DNA from: Candidatus Magasanikiibacteriota bacterium
GTDB lineage: Bacteria; Patescibacteriota; Patescibacteriia; Magasanikbacterales; UBA922
Direction of reading: 5' to 3'
Length of the DNA stretch: 64,000 nt
NCBI GenBank assembly: GCA_041674805.1
Contig: JBAYVA010000003.1
Location: 27,029-91,028, forward strand
Positions 19,166 through 29,606 of the stretch are shown piece by piece. The stretch's first letter is position 1, and the number at the start of each line of letters is the position of its first letter. The translations under genes were made by a program, and so were the position numbers. Under the pieces are notes generated by a model that searched no databases, had not been told where the DNA came from, and worked only from the letters and a program-made list of their open reading frames with translations.

Positions 19166-20632
19166 ATGAATCATATCAATTTTTTACACAAAAATAATCC
19201 CGAAGAAAAAACCAAAATAAACACAAAAAAGTGGTTATTTTTATTATTATTATTTTTTTTCTTAGGTTCAGGTATTTCTTTGGCTTACAATACTATTATC
19301 AAAAATAATGACAAAAATGACTTGATATATTCTGAAAACGCCTTAGAACCAAAAAAACCCGAAGGTCTCTTCAAAAAGCTATCTTATCTTATTTTCAACA
19401 AAGAAGTAGCGTTGGAGGGTTCAAAAAATGACAGAATAAACGTCTTATTACTAGGTATGGGAGGTTTGGGTCACGATGGTCCATACTTGACAGATACCAT
19501 AATGATTGCTAGTCTAAAACCTTCTACCAATGAAGTAGCTCTTATTTCTATTCCTCGTGATTTGGGTGTCTATACTGCCAATTACGGTTTACGAAAAATT
19601 AATAGTCTAAATTCATTTGGAGAAGTAAAACAAGCCAACATGGGCGGTGCCTATGCCACGGAAATAATTTCCAAAACATTTGGCTTGGATATACAATATT
19701 ATTTACGTGTAGATTTTAATGCTTTTGAAAAAATAATAGACGAAGTAGGTGGTGTAAAAATTAATGTAGAAAGATCTTTTACTGATTACATGTACCCTAC
19801 CCCAAATTATCTTTATCAAACTCTTGTTTTTGAAAAAGGTATCCAAACCTTAAATGGTGAAACAGCTTTAAAATTTGTACGTTCTAGACATGGCAACAAT
19901 GGAGAAGGATCAGATTTTGCTAGAGCCGAAAGACAACAAAAAGTAATAATGGCTCTCAAAGAAAAAATCTTATCATTTGGAGTATTGGCAAATCCAGTAA
20001 AAATAAAAAATATTATTGATACTCTGGAATCACACATTACTACCAATATGACTTTTGAAGAAATGGTAAGTTTTGGCAGTGTAGCCAAAGAATTACAATC
20101 ACAAAATATCAAGAATCTAGTAATAGACAATGGTATCAATGGTTATCTAGTAAATTATACAGATCCAAAAACAGGTGCTTTTATGCTCGCACCAAACACT
20201 GGAAATTTTTTGAAGATATCTGATGCTATCCAAAATATTTTTGAAAATGATAGTACCACTGCAAATAATAATATTAACGGAAATGATACAGAAACTCCTA
20301 TTCAAGAAGCCCCAAAATTAGATTATGCTGAAGTTGAAATTCAAAATGGTACTTGGCAAGCTGGTTTAGCCACAAGATTAAAAGAAAAATTAGTTAATGA
20401 AGATTTTTTTGTAAATGAAATTGGTAATATTGAAGTAGAATTAAAACCTTTTAGAGAAAGTGGCATTTATGCTATTACTTCTTCTACCAAAGAAAAAAAT
20501 TTGGAAAATGTTTTGAAAGGACTAAACAATGAATTGAAAATACCTATCAAACAAAATTTACCAACAAGTATCACGACACTTAGCAGTTCCACAGATATTT
20601 TGGTAATTTTGGGAGATAATTTTGTAGAATAA
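19166..20632 (+). CDS. LCP (LytR-CpsA-Psr) family protein with LytR_C domain
   Basis: INVLLLG..TDTIM..SIPRD..SDFARAERQQ; NGT..GLA C-terminal domain. Confidence 0.92.
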   Translation: MNHINFLHKNNPEEKTKINTKKWLFLLLLFFFLGSGISLAYNTIIKNNDKNDLIYSENALEPKKPEGLFKKLSYLIFNKEVALEGSKNDRINVLLLGMGGLGHDGPYLTDTIMIASLKPSTNEVALISIPRDLGVYTANYGLRKINSLNSFGEVKQANMGGAYATEIISKTFGLDIQYYLRVDFNAFEKIIDEVGGVKINVERSFTDYMYPTPNYLYQTLVFEKGIQTLNGETALKFVRSRHGNNGEGSDFARAERQQKVIMALKEKILSFGVLANPVKIKNIIDTLESHITTNMTFEEMVSFGSVAKELQSQNIKNLVIDNGINGYLVNYTDPKTGAFMLAPNTGNFLKISDAIQNIFENDSTTANNNINGNDTETPIQEAPKLDYAEVEIQNGTWQAGLATRLKEKLVNEDFFVNEIGNIEVELKPFRESGIYAITSSTKEKNLENVLKGLNNELKIPIKQNLPTSITTLSSSTDILVILGDNFVE

Positions 20633-20660
20633 AATTTTTTAAATAAATCAAATAAATTAT

Positions 20661-22049
20661 ATGTTTGAAAAGAAGATAATGAAGAACAATTTACCAACGA
20701 TAGCTTTGATAGGAAGAGCCAATGTAGGCAAATCTACTTTTTTTAATACCTTAATAGAAGAACACAAAGCTCTAGTTTCTAATATTGCTGGCACCACTAG
20801 AAACAACAACGAAGGTATCATGGTATGGCGTGGTAAAGAAATAAACGTCATTGATACAGGTGGCGTTGATAATGATGAAAACGAATTTTTTGCTGATGAA
20901 ATTTTGGATCAAGCACACAGAGCTCTTGAAAAAGCTGATATCATTGTTATGATAGTAGATGCCAAATCTCCCCTACTTCCACAAGAACGTGACTTAGCAA
21001 AAAAAATGAAACAAGATTATAAAGACAAAAAAATATTTTTGCTAGCCAACAAATCTGACAGTAAAAGAGACAGAACTAATTTTGACCAAAGTTATTACAA
21101 ACTAGGTTTTGGTGAACCTATTCTTATTTCAGCTGTAAATGGACATGGCGTCGGAGATTTTTTGGATATTCTTTACAAAGAATTTGGCAAATTATCTAGC
21201 AGACCAAAAAAGATGAAAGAAGAAGTAAGTAGTATCAAAGTAAGTCTTATTGGCAAACCAAATGTTGGCAAATCTTCTATCTTCAACAAAATTATTGGCG
21301 AAGAAAAAGTAATCGTCAGTGATATTGCTCATACAACACGCGAACCTTTTGATACAGTGATTGAATATGAAGATGATGAAAACAAAAAAACCAAAATTAC
21401 TTTTATAGATACTGCTGGTATTCGTCGCAAAGCCAAAGTTGATGGCTTTCTAGAAAGACAAGGTATTCAAAAGAGTCTTGAAACTATTGCTAATAGTGAT
21501 ATAATTTTATTAGTAATAGATGGTAGTGAAACTATCTCTTCACAAGATATGCAATTAGGTGGTCTTATTGAACGCAAAAGTAAAAGTGTCATTATCATAG
21601 TAAACAAATGGGATTTAGCAGAAGACAACAGTGATGAAGCTAGAAATGATGTCAAAAAAATGGTTTACAGTCATTTTCCTCATTTAGATTTTTCACCAAT
21701 ACTTTTTATTAGTGGCAAAACTGGTTATAGAACACAACAAATTTTTCCAGCCATCATAAAAGTAATTGAAGCTAGAAAAACAATTATTACTGAAAATGCT
21801 TTGGACAAATTTATAGACAAAATTATCAAAACACACAAACCATCTCGTGGCAAAGGAACTAGACAACCAAAAGTTTTGGGACTAAAACAAATCAATGCCG
21901 ATCCTCCTATATTTACTCTTTTTATCAAATACAAAACTTCTTTGCACCGCTCTTATATCAACTATATTGAAAATAAATTGCGTGAAAAATTCAACTTTTT
22001 TGGAACACCGATTGTGATCAAAATGGCTAAAATGAAGATTACCAAGTAA
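20661..22049 (+). CDS. der: Ribosome biogenesis GTPase Der (EngA)
   Basis: Two GTPase domains (GRANVGKS, GKPNVGKS) and KH-like C-terminus. Confidence 0.96.
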   Translation: MFEKKIMKNNLPTIALIGRANVGKSTFFNTLIEEHKALVSNIAGTTRNNNEGIMVWRGKEINVIDTGGVDNDENEFFADEILDQAHRALEKADIIVMIVDAKSPLLPQERDLAKKMKQDYKDKKIFLLANKSDSKRDRTNFDQSYYKLGFGEPILISAVNGHGVGDFLDILYKEFGKLSSRPKKMKEEVSSIKVSLIGKPNVGKSSIFNKIIGEEKVIVSDIAHTTREPFDTVIEYEDDENKKTKITFIDTAGIRRKAKVDGFLERQGIQKSLETIANSDIILLVIDGSETISSQDMQLGGLIERKSKSVIIIVNKWDLAEDNSDEARNDVKKMVYSHFPHLDFSPILFISGKTGYRTQQIFPAIIKVIEARKTIITENALDKFIDKIIKTHKPSRGKGTRQPKVLGLKQINADPPIFTLFIKYKTSLHRSYINYIENKLREKFNFFGTPIVIKMAKMKITK

Positions 22050-22114
22050 AATTTTAAATTTAATCCCGATTTAAATCAGGACAAAGTTTCTAAATTAATA
22101 AGTAACACTTATTT

Positions 22115-22660
22115 ATGAAGCTTATCGTTGGACTGGGTAACCCAGGAAAAAAATACGAGAAAACTCGTCACAATGTTGGTTTCATGGTCTTAGACGAATT
22201 ACACAAAAATTTGTTATCTTTTGGTATTACACCTTGGGAATTAAGCAAAAAATTCAATGCTCTAGTCTGTGGTTGTAGTCTAAAAGGAGACAAAATAATT
22301 TTGGCAAAACCTCTAACTTTTATGAATAGTTCGGGTGAGGCTGTCCAAAACATAGGACATTTTTACAAACTAAATCAAAAAGACATTCTAGTAGTACACG
22401 ATGACAAAGATATTTTGTTAGGTGAAATAAAAATACAAGAAAATCGTGGTCCTGCTGGTCACAATGGTATCAAATCAATTATAGAACATATTGGCACCCA
22501 AGATTTTTCTCGCGTACGCATTGGTATTGCTAGCGACAATAAAAACAAAATGAAAGACATCCCAAAATTTGTTTTGAATAAATTTGGTTTTTTAGAAAAG
22601 AAAAAATTACAAGCAAGTATTAGTGAAGCGATTGAGAAAATAATGGAGATTATAAGCTAG
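22115..22660 (+). CDS. pth: Peptidyl-tRNA hydrolase
   Basis: IVGLGNPG..TRHNVGF, GHNGIKS. Confidence 0.97.
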   Translation: MKLIVGLGNPGKKYEKTRHNVGFMVLDELHKNLLSFGITPWELSKKFNALVCGCSLKGDKIILAKPLTFMNSSGEAVQNIGHFYKLNQKDILVVHDDKDILLGEIKIQENRGPAGHNGIKSIIEHIGTQDFSRVRIGIASDNKNKMKDIPKFVLNKFGFLEKKKLQASISEAIEKIMEIIS

Positions 22661-22800
22661 TAAGCAAGGTAAGCAGAATAGGCAGGATAAGTATTTTGTT
22701 ATCTCAATTTTATATCTATTTTATCTCAATTTATTTTAAAACAATCCGCAAACCAGTATTCCACCCAAGGCGGACAAGTATCAGTATATCAGTATTTTCA
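22655..22800. repeat. Three adjacent tandem-repeat families with a small ccacccaaggcgga hairpin
   Basis: taagcaagg-type 9-mer, ttatctcaat-type 10-11-mer, atcagtat-type 8-mer. Confidence 0.6.
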
Positions 22801-22801
22801 C

Positions 22802-23881
22802 ATGCAAAAAGAAATCCTCCTCGCCCACTTTCCAAAAATCACAGTCAAACGCTACCAGCAACTACTGGCAGCTTTTTCATCTCTAGAAGAAGTTTGGCAA
22901 GCAGAATTTGATGAATTAACAAAAACAGGTCTTGATGAAAAAATTATTCATGAATTTTTGACTTGGCGAGAAAAATTAGACGAAGAAAAAATATACAAAA
23001 TATTGGAACAAGAAAAAATTCAATGTCTTACTCTCAATGACAAAAATTATCCGACATTACTCAAAGAAATTTATGATCCCCCATTTTGTCTTTTTGTACG
23101 TGGTAATTTACAAAAAGATGATTTCAATTTGGCTGTTGTTGGTACCAGAAAATATACTACTTATGGCAAACAAGTTACTGAAAATTTGGTAACAGACTTA
23201 GTACATCAAGGTGTGACTATTACTAGTGGATTGGCTTTTGGGATAGATATCATTGCTCATCAGACAACACTAAAAAATAATGGCAAAACTATTGCTGTCT
23301 TGGGCTCTGGTATAAACAAAAGACACATTTATCCACACGAACACCAAAATATTGCCGAAGAAATAATTTCCAAATCTGGAGCTGTTATTTCTGAATATCC
23401 ACCAGGAACTTTGCCAAACAAATATACTTTTCCACGTCGCAATCGTATCATTGCTGGTATTTCTTCTGGTACTCTGGTCATAGAAGCTGCTGAAAAATCT
23501 GGAGCTCTCATCACGGCTGAATGTGCGCTAGAAGCTGGACGAGAAGTCTTCGCTGTTCCTCAAAATATTACTTCAAATACCTCTATTGGACCAAATCAAC
23601 TGATCAAAAATGGTGCTAAACTAATCACTAGTAGCCAAGACATTATTGAAGCCTTAGACTTGCAAGATATTCAAGTTTATGTTAAAAATAAGCAAATATT
23701 AGCAGATTCGCCCGAAGAAGAAGTTATTTTGGCTATACTTAGCCAAGAACCTCGTCATATTGACGATATTACCAAAAATAGTGGCTTATCTAGTACCCAA
23801 ATTAGTGCCAACTTGACAATTATGGAAATGAAGGGTAAAGTGCGAAATCTTGGGAATATGATGTACGTGACAAGAAGTTGA
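22802..23881 (+). CDS. dprA: DNA-processing protein DprA
   Basis: AVVGTRK..SGLAFGID..FPRRNRII..SGALITA. Confidence 0.96.
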   Translation: MQKEILLAHFPKITVKRYQQLLAAFSSLEEVWQAEFDELTKTGLDEKIIHEFLTWREKLDEEKIYKILEQEKIQCLTLNDKNYPTLLKEIYDPPFCLFVRGNLQKDDFNLAVVGTRKYTTYGKQVTENLVTDLVHQGVTITSGLAFGIDIIAHQTTLKNNGKTIAVLGSGINKRHIYPHEHQNIAEEIISKSGAVISEYPPGTLPNKYTFPRRNRIIAGISSGTLVIEAAEKSGALITAECALEAGREVFAVPQNITSNTSIGPNQLIKNGAKLITSSQDIIEALDLQDIQVYVKNKQILADSPEEEVILAILSQEPRHIDDITKNSGLSSTQISANLTIMEMKGKVRNLGNMMYVTRS

Positions 23882-23987
23882 AAGTTTGTAAAGTTATAAT
23901 GTTATAAAGTTGTAATGTTATAAAATTTGTAAAGTAATTTGTTTTAATCCCGACTAAGTCGGGACCTAAATTAAAAATTTTCAAAAT

Positions 23988-25298
23988 ATGAATTTTGAAA
24001 GCGCCTACAACTATATCCTCTCCCTCTCCAACATGCCACGCATGGAATATATGAAAGAGGGCAACATGTGCGATTGGTACTTGAAACGTCTCCAATTCTT
24101 TTTGGATTTGCTAGGTAATCCGGAGCAAAAAATCAAACACTATATTCACGTGACAGGCACCAGTGGCAAAGGTTCGACTGTTTCTTTTTTACACAATATC
24201 TTGCAAGCTAGTGGCAAGCGTGTTGCGTCGACTTACTCCCCTCACCCAACTATCATTACCGAGCGTTGGAAAGTCGGTAATAGATTCATGACAAAAAAAG
24301 AATTTGTGGAGATTGTCGAATACTTGAAACCAAAGCTCGATGAATATTTAGCCAAAACTCCTTACGACATGCTTTCATTTTTTGAACTGACAGAAGTCAT
24401 TGGTTTTATATTTTTTGCTAAGAAAAAAGTGGAATGGCTAGTGCTTGAAGTTGCTTGTGGTGGACGCTATGATTCTAGCAATATCATTCCTTACAAAGAT
24501 GTCGCGGTGATAACAAATATTGGACTAGACCATGTCGGTATTATTGGCAACAATAAAGAAGAAATAGCTTACGAAAAAGCTGGCATTATCAAACAAAATT
24601 GTACTGCTTTCACTACAGAACAAGACAAAAAAATCTTGAAGGTTATTGATACCGAAGCCAAATTACAAAAAGTTGTTTTGCAAAAATTGAAAATAAATGA
24701 TTATAAATTGATAAAAGAAAATCTAAATAAAATTATTTTTTCTTATCAAAACGAACAATACGAAATACAAGCACTTGGCGAACACCAAATAAAAAATGCA
24801 ATTCTAGTTATCAATGTTGCTAAATTTTTGAAATTGAAAATTCAAGATATTCAAAAAGGTCTTAGTCAAACTTTGCAACCTTTGCGCTTTGAGATTGTGA
24901 GAGAAAAACCATATATTATTCTTGATGGCGCGCACAACGAAGACAAAATGAAAAGCACAGTCGCAGCAATGAAAAAAATACAAATAAATAAATTGTATAT
25001 TATCGCCGGTTTTAGTGGCGACAAAAAAGTAAACAACATGATAAAAAGTCTAAGTACTTTGAATCCAACATTTGTTTGTGCTACCAAAAATACTAGTAAC
25101 CATTTCCGCAAAGTAGCTGACCCAAAAATCATTGCTCAAGAATTTGCCAAAAACAAAAATACTAAAACAAAAATTTTCCTTGACCCAGCTGACGCACTAG
25201 AATTTGTGATGAAAAAATTAAAGAAAAACGACGCGTTACTGATTACTGGATCAATTTTCCTAAGTGGTGAATTGCGCAAAAACTTTTATAAAATATAA
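23988..25298 (+). CDS. folC: Folylpolyglutamate synthase/dihydrofolate synthase-like Mur-family ligase
   Basis: IHVTGTSGKGS, LEVACGGRYDSSN, DGAHN, TGSIFL. Confidence 0.8.
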   Translation: MNFESAYNYILSLSNMPRMEYMKEGNMCDWYLKRLQFFLDLLGNPEQKIKHYIHVTGTSGKGSTVSFLHNILQASGKRVASTYSPHPTIITERWKVGNRFMTKKEFVEIVEYLKPKLDEYLAKTPYDMLSFFELTEVIGFIFFAKKKVEWLVLEVACGGRYDSSNIIPYKDVAVITNIGLDHVGIIGNNKEEIAYEKAGIIKQNCTAFTTEQDKKILKVIDTEAKLQKVVLQKLKINDYKLIKENLNKIIFSYQNEQYEIQALGEHQIKNAILVINVAKFLKLKIQDIQKGLSQTLQPLRFEIVREKPYIILDGAHNEDKMKSTVAAMKKIQINKLYIIAGFSGDKKVNNMIKSLSTLNPTFVCATKNTSNHFRKVADPKIIAQEFAKNKNTKTKIFLDPADALEFVMKKLKKNDALLITGSIFLSGELRKNFYKI

Positions 25299-25321
25299 AT
25301 AATGTGTTATCATATATAAAT

Positions 25322-25450
25322 AATTTAGAAATTTAGTAATTTTAAATTTTAAAACAATTTTGAATGCTCTAATTTTAAAAAGTAATTTAAAATTAATTCA
25401 TTTAAAAATTTAAAATTGTTTTAAAATTCGAAATTTAAAATTCCAAAATT
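25322..25450. mobile_element. Empty (gene-less) copy of the inverted heptamer bracket that flanks the four-helix-bundle gene at 13.9 kb
   Basis: 25329-25353 is identical to 13844-13868; an imperfect inverted partner lies at ~25414-25450. Confidence 0.55.
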
Positions 25451-25467
25451 TCTCTAATAAACGTCTT

Positions 25468-27741
25468 ATGAAGTTAGTCATAGTAGAGTCCCCTACCAAA
25501 GCTAAAACTATTTCCAAATTTTTGGGTGCAGCTTACAAAGTTGAATCTTCTTATGGTCACACTCGTGATTTACCAAAAAGTAAAATGGGTATAGACATTG
25601 CTGGAGGAACTTTTGAACCCACCTATGAAGTCCCAAAAGACAAAACACCACAAGTAAACAAACTAAAAAAATTAGCCAAAGAAGCTACTGAAGTCATATT
25701 CGCATCCGATGAGGACCGCGAAGGAGAAGCTATTTCTTGGCACTTGGCCGAACTTTTCAAAATTGATCCCAAAAAAGCTAAGCGTATTGTTTTTCACGAA
25801 ATCACCAAAAGTGCTATCGAAGAAGCTATCGCCAATCCTCGTCACATTGATTTGAAATTGGTCGACGCCCAGCAAGCTCGCCGTATTTTGGATAGAATCG
25901 TCGGTTACGAGCTCTCCCCTTTCTTGTGGAAAAAAGTCGCCCGCGGTTTATCTGCTGGTCGTGTGCAATCTGTTGCCGTCAGATTAGTCGTAGAGCGTGA
26001 AGAAGAACGCAAAGCTTTTGTCTCACAAGAATATTGGTCAATCGATGCTCTGTTCAACAAAGTGGCAGATTTCAGTGGCAAACTTCACAGTATTGCTGAC
26101 AAAAAAATCGACAAACTAGGTTTGAAAACCAAAGAAGAAGTCGACCAAATTTTGGCAAACTTGGATAGTGCGCAGTATAAAATAAAAGACATCGTCAAAA
26201 AAGAAACCAAACGCACTCCTCCACCTCCATTCACGACATCTACTTTACAACAACAAGCTAGTTACAAATTGGGCTATTCTGCCAAACAAACCATGCGTCT
26301 TGCACAACAACTTTATGAAGGAATAAAAATTGGTACTGAAGGCCAAGTCGGTCTGATTACTTATATGCGTACTGATGCCTTGAATTTGTCTGAAAAATTC
26401 TTGACTGAAAGTAAAGATTTTGTTGCCAAAAAATATGGCGAAAAATTTGCTTTGTCCAAACCACGCTTCTATGCCAACAAAAGTAAAAATGCCCAAGAAG
26501 CCCATGAAGCTATCCGCCCAACTGATGTTAGCAAAAATCCTGAATCTATCAGTGCTTATTTAGACCCTCAACAATTGAAACTTTATAGTCTTATTTGGAA
26601 AAGAGCCGTAGCCACCCAAATGGCCGTAGCCAATCTAAACAAAGAAAACATAGATATAGAAGCCAAAGAGTACCTATTTCGCGCTACCGGACAATCTGTG
26701 GTCTTCCCAGGCTGGTTACAACTCTATCCTGAGCAAATGAAAGACGAAATGTTGCCAGAAATGAAAATTGATGAATTGGTAGATTGCAAAGAATTGAAAC
26801 CAGAACAACATTTCACCGAACCAAAACCTCGCTACTCTGACGCCACGCTCGTCAAAGCCATGGAAGAATACGGCATCGGCCGTCCATCTACTTATGCCCC
26901 AACTATTTCAACAATTGAAAGTCGTGGCTATGTCGAACGTGACGAAAATAAAAGATTGAAACCACTCGACATCGCCTTTGTCGTCAACAGTCTACTTGTC
27001 GAACATTTTCCAGACGTTGTTGATTACAAATTCACAGCCACCATGGAAGAAAATCTCGATGAAATTGCTCACGGTACTAAAGATTGGCAACCAATCATCG
27101 CCACTTTCTATTTCCCTTTCCACGAAAATTTAGTTTCCAAAAGTGACAATCTTACCAAAGAAGAAACAGTTTCCATGCGTGAATTGGGTATTGATCCAAA
27201 ATCAAAAAAACCAATTTACGGACGCATCGGACGCTTCGGACCTTTTGTTCAAAAAGGTAGCAAAGATGACGAAGAAAAACCAACTTTCGCCAAACTAAAA
27301 CCAGGTCAGACTATCGACGAACTGACACTAGCAGACGCACTTGAACTGTTCAAATTACCAAGAAGTCTAGGCAAAGACAAAACTGGTGAAGAAATACTAG
27401 CCAGTGTCGGACGCTTCGGACCTTATGTCAAAGTTGGTGCCAAATTTTATTCTACCAAAGACAAAGACCCTTACACTATCACTCTAAAAGAAGCTCTAGA
27501 AGTAATCAGAGAAAAAGATCAAGCCGATGCCAACAAGACAATAAAGCTTTTTGCAGGCAGTACTATCCAAGTCCTCAATGGACGCTATGGACCATACATC
27601 ACAGATACTGAGAAAAAGATAAATGCCAAAATTCCCAAAGACATTGAACCAAAAAATCTTACTCTAGAAGAATGTGAGAAACTTATCACCGAAGCTCCTA
27701 GTAAAAAACGTAGCGCTTGGGCGAAAAAGAAGAGTGAATAA
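25468..27741 (+). CDS. topA: DNA topoisomerase I with C-terminal Topo_C repeats
   Basis: LVIVESPTK, DEDREGE, ITYMRTD, GRFGP/GRYGP repeats. Confidence 0.97.
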   Translation: MKLVIVESPTKAKTISKFLGAAYKVESSYGHTRDLPKSKMGIDIAGGTFEPTYEVPKDKTPQVNKLKKLAKEATEVIFASDEDREGEAISWHLAELFKIDPKKAKRIVFHEITKSAIEEAIANPRHIDLKLVDAQQARRILDRIVGYELSPFLWKKVARGLSAGRVQSVAVRLVVEREEERKAFVSQEYWSIDALFNKVADFSGKLHSIADKKIDKLGLKTKEEVDQILANLDSAQYKIKDIVKKETKRTPPPPFTTSTLQQQASYKLGYSAKQTMRLAQQLYEGIKIGTEGQVGLITYMRTDALNLSEKFLTESKDFVAKKYGEKFALSKPRFYANKSKNAQEAHEAIRPTDVSKNPESISAYLDPQQLKLYSLIWKRAVATQMAVANLNKENIDIEAKEYLFRATGQSVVFPGWLQLYPEQMKDEMLPEMKIDELVDCKELKPEQHFTEPKPRYSDATLVKAMEEYGIGRPSTYAPTISTIESRGYVERDENKRLKPLDIAFVVNSLLVEHFPDVVDYKFTATMEENLDEIAHGTKDWQPIIATFYFPFHENLVSKSDNLTKEETVSMRELGIDPKSKKPIYGRIGRFGPFVQKGSKDDEEKPTFAKLKPGQTIDELTLADALELFKLPRSLGKDKTGEEILASVGRFGPYVKVGAKFYSTKDKDPYTITLKEALEVIREKDQADANKTIKLFAGSTIQVLNGRYGPYITDTEKKINAKIPKDIEPKNLTLEECEKLITEAPSKKRSAWAKKKSE

Positions 27742-27746
27742 TTTAG

Positions 27747-27793
27747 AAAACCGTCAAAATTTTGTTTGACGGTTTTTTTGTGAGTGGTATACT
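27747..27793 (+). terminator. topA terminator overlapping the -35 of the next promoter (TTGACG-16-TATACT)
   Basis: aaaaccgtcaaa..tttgacggttttttt; TATACT at 27788. Confidence 0.7.
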
Positions 27794-27875
27794 GAAATAT
27801 ACATTATATTAAAATATAGAGATAATATAAAGAGTATTTCTAATTATATATAAGAAATACTCAAGTAAAAAAAAT

Positions 27876-29450
27876 ATGAAAATAAAGAAAATTCAACTTA
27901 AAGAATTTAAACGGTTTGATGACTTGACTATTGACTTAGGGGATAGCCCAAAGAAAATAGTAGCAATCGTTGGACCAAATGGTTGCGGAAAAAGCTCAGT
28001 TTTTGATGCATTAGAAGATAAACTAAGAGATTTTAGACATCTTGGAGATGAAGGTCATTCTTTTTACTCAAAAGCCCTATATTATCAAGATGAGGAAAAA
28101 CAAAAATCCATATATAACAAAGCAGAAGCAGTAAAAATTACACTTGAAGATGGGGTCATAAATCGAAAAAGTTTTTACATAAGGACTGCCTATAGATTTA
28201 CTTCGAAATTTAATGTAACTCATCTTGAAGCACAGCCTGAAATTCTCGCTCTTAGGGACGAGCCAATTAGTTCTATAGCAATTGATACAAGACTCGAATC
28301 AAATTACAAAAGGCTATTAGGTAAAGCATATACTGAATTCTTTGATGGAGCAAAAACAGGAGATGAGGTAAGAGAAGCATTAATTGGAAAAGTAAATCAA
28401 ATACTTAACCAAATTTTGGATATCGAAATTTCAGAATTAGGGAATATCCTTGAAAAGAAAGGCCAACTATATTTTAAGAAAGGGAATGTCGAAAATTTCC
28501 CTTATTCAAATTTATCTTCCGGTGAAAAAGAAGTCGTAGATATTATTTTGGATTTAATTATTAAAACTGAGGAATACAATGAAACAGTTTTCTGCATTGA
28601 TGAGCCTGAACTTCATTTAAATACTTCTATTCAAAGAAAGCTTCTACTAGAAATAGAAAAACTAATTCCAGATAATTGCCAGCTTTGGGTGGCAACTCAT
28701 AGTATTGGCTTTCTTCGTGGACTGCAAGAAGATTTAAAAGAAAAATCACAAGTCTTGGATTTTTCTGAAAAGGACTTTTTTACAGGTACCCACACCATAA
28801 CTCCAATAATTCCCTCGAGAAATAATTGGCAACGAATTTTTGGCACTGTTCTCGAAGATTTGACAGGACTAATCAGTCCAAGAAAGATTATCTATTGTGA
28901 GGGAAAAGATAGACCAGGTCAAAATGGAGAAGAAAAAGGTTTTGATGCTAAGGTCTTTAATTCAATTTTCACTGTAAAATATCATGATCTTGTGTTTGTA
29001 TCTAGCGGAGGAAATACAGAGCTTGACCAACGAAGCAATATTGCCATGACGATTTTAACAAAAGTTTTGAATGATATTGAAATATTGGTTCTAAAAGATA
29101 GAGATATATCGTCAGGTCGATTAAATACAGAAAAAGATAGACAAGTTTATTTATCAAATAACCCTAATAATTATCGTGTTTTGAAAAGATGGGAAATTGA
29201 AAATTACTTGTACGACAAAGAGGTTCTCAGTAAGTACTGTATTCAAAATGACTTGGAATTTAAAGAAGTAGATTATGACAATTTTGTTACGGACATAATA
29301 AATCAGAATGTTAAAGATAGCACAGGACTTATTAAGAACTTTTGCAGTATAATAACCAATGTAAACCCTGAAAACTTTAAATTTAATTTGGCTACATTGA
29401 TTACTGAAGACATGAATATTTATAAAGAATTAGAGAAATGTATAATGTAA
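27876..29450 (+). CDS. OLD-family-like ABC ATPase-TOPRIM nuclease, putative anti-phage defence
   Basis: Walker A GPNGCGKS, signature LSSGEK, CIDEPELHL, ATHS; TOPRIM CEG..D, DRD, EIENYL. Confidence 0.75.
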   Translation: MKIKKIQLKEFKRFDDLTIDLGDSPKKIVAIVGPNGCGKSSVFDALEDKLRDFRHLGDEGHSFYSKALYYQDEEKQKSIYNKAEAVKITLEDGVINRKSFYIRTAYRFTSKFNVTHLEAQPEILALRDEPISSIAIDTRLESNYKRLLGKAYTEFFDGAKTGDEVREALIGKVNQILNQILDIEISELGNILEKKGQLYFKKGNVENFPYSNLSSGEKEVVDIILDLIIKTEEYNETVFCIDEPELHLNTSIQRKLLLEIEKLIPDNCQLWVATHSIGFLRGLQEDLKEKSQVLDFSEKDFFTGTHTITPIIPSRNNWQRIFGTVLEDLTGLISPRKIIYCEGKDRPGQNGEEKGFDAKVFNSIFTVKYHDLVFVSSGGNTELDQRSNIAMTILTKVLNDIEILVLKDRDISSGRLNTEKDRQVYLSNNPNNYRVLKRWEIENYLYDKEVLSKYCIQNDLEFKEVDYDNFVTDIINQNVKDSTGLIKNFCSIITNVNPENFKFNLATLITEDMNIYKELEKCIM

Positions 29451-29606
29451 ACAAGTCAGAATATAACAAAACACATAATAGATATTCCATTTTTCTTAAT
29501 CATTTATCCTTGTATAATCAATAAACAATACGGAATTCAACCCACACAACAATATTGTCCAGATCTGCCTCCAAGGTATGGCGCTGGAAGAAAAAAACAA
29601 ATAAAT

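Noticed and set aside
22802-23881. Alternative genetic code (TGA read as Gly)
   Set aside because: Conserved genes are intact under code 11 and dprA ends at TGA at the expected length
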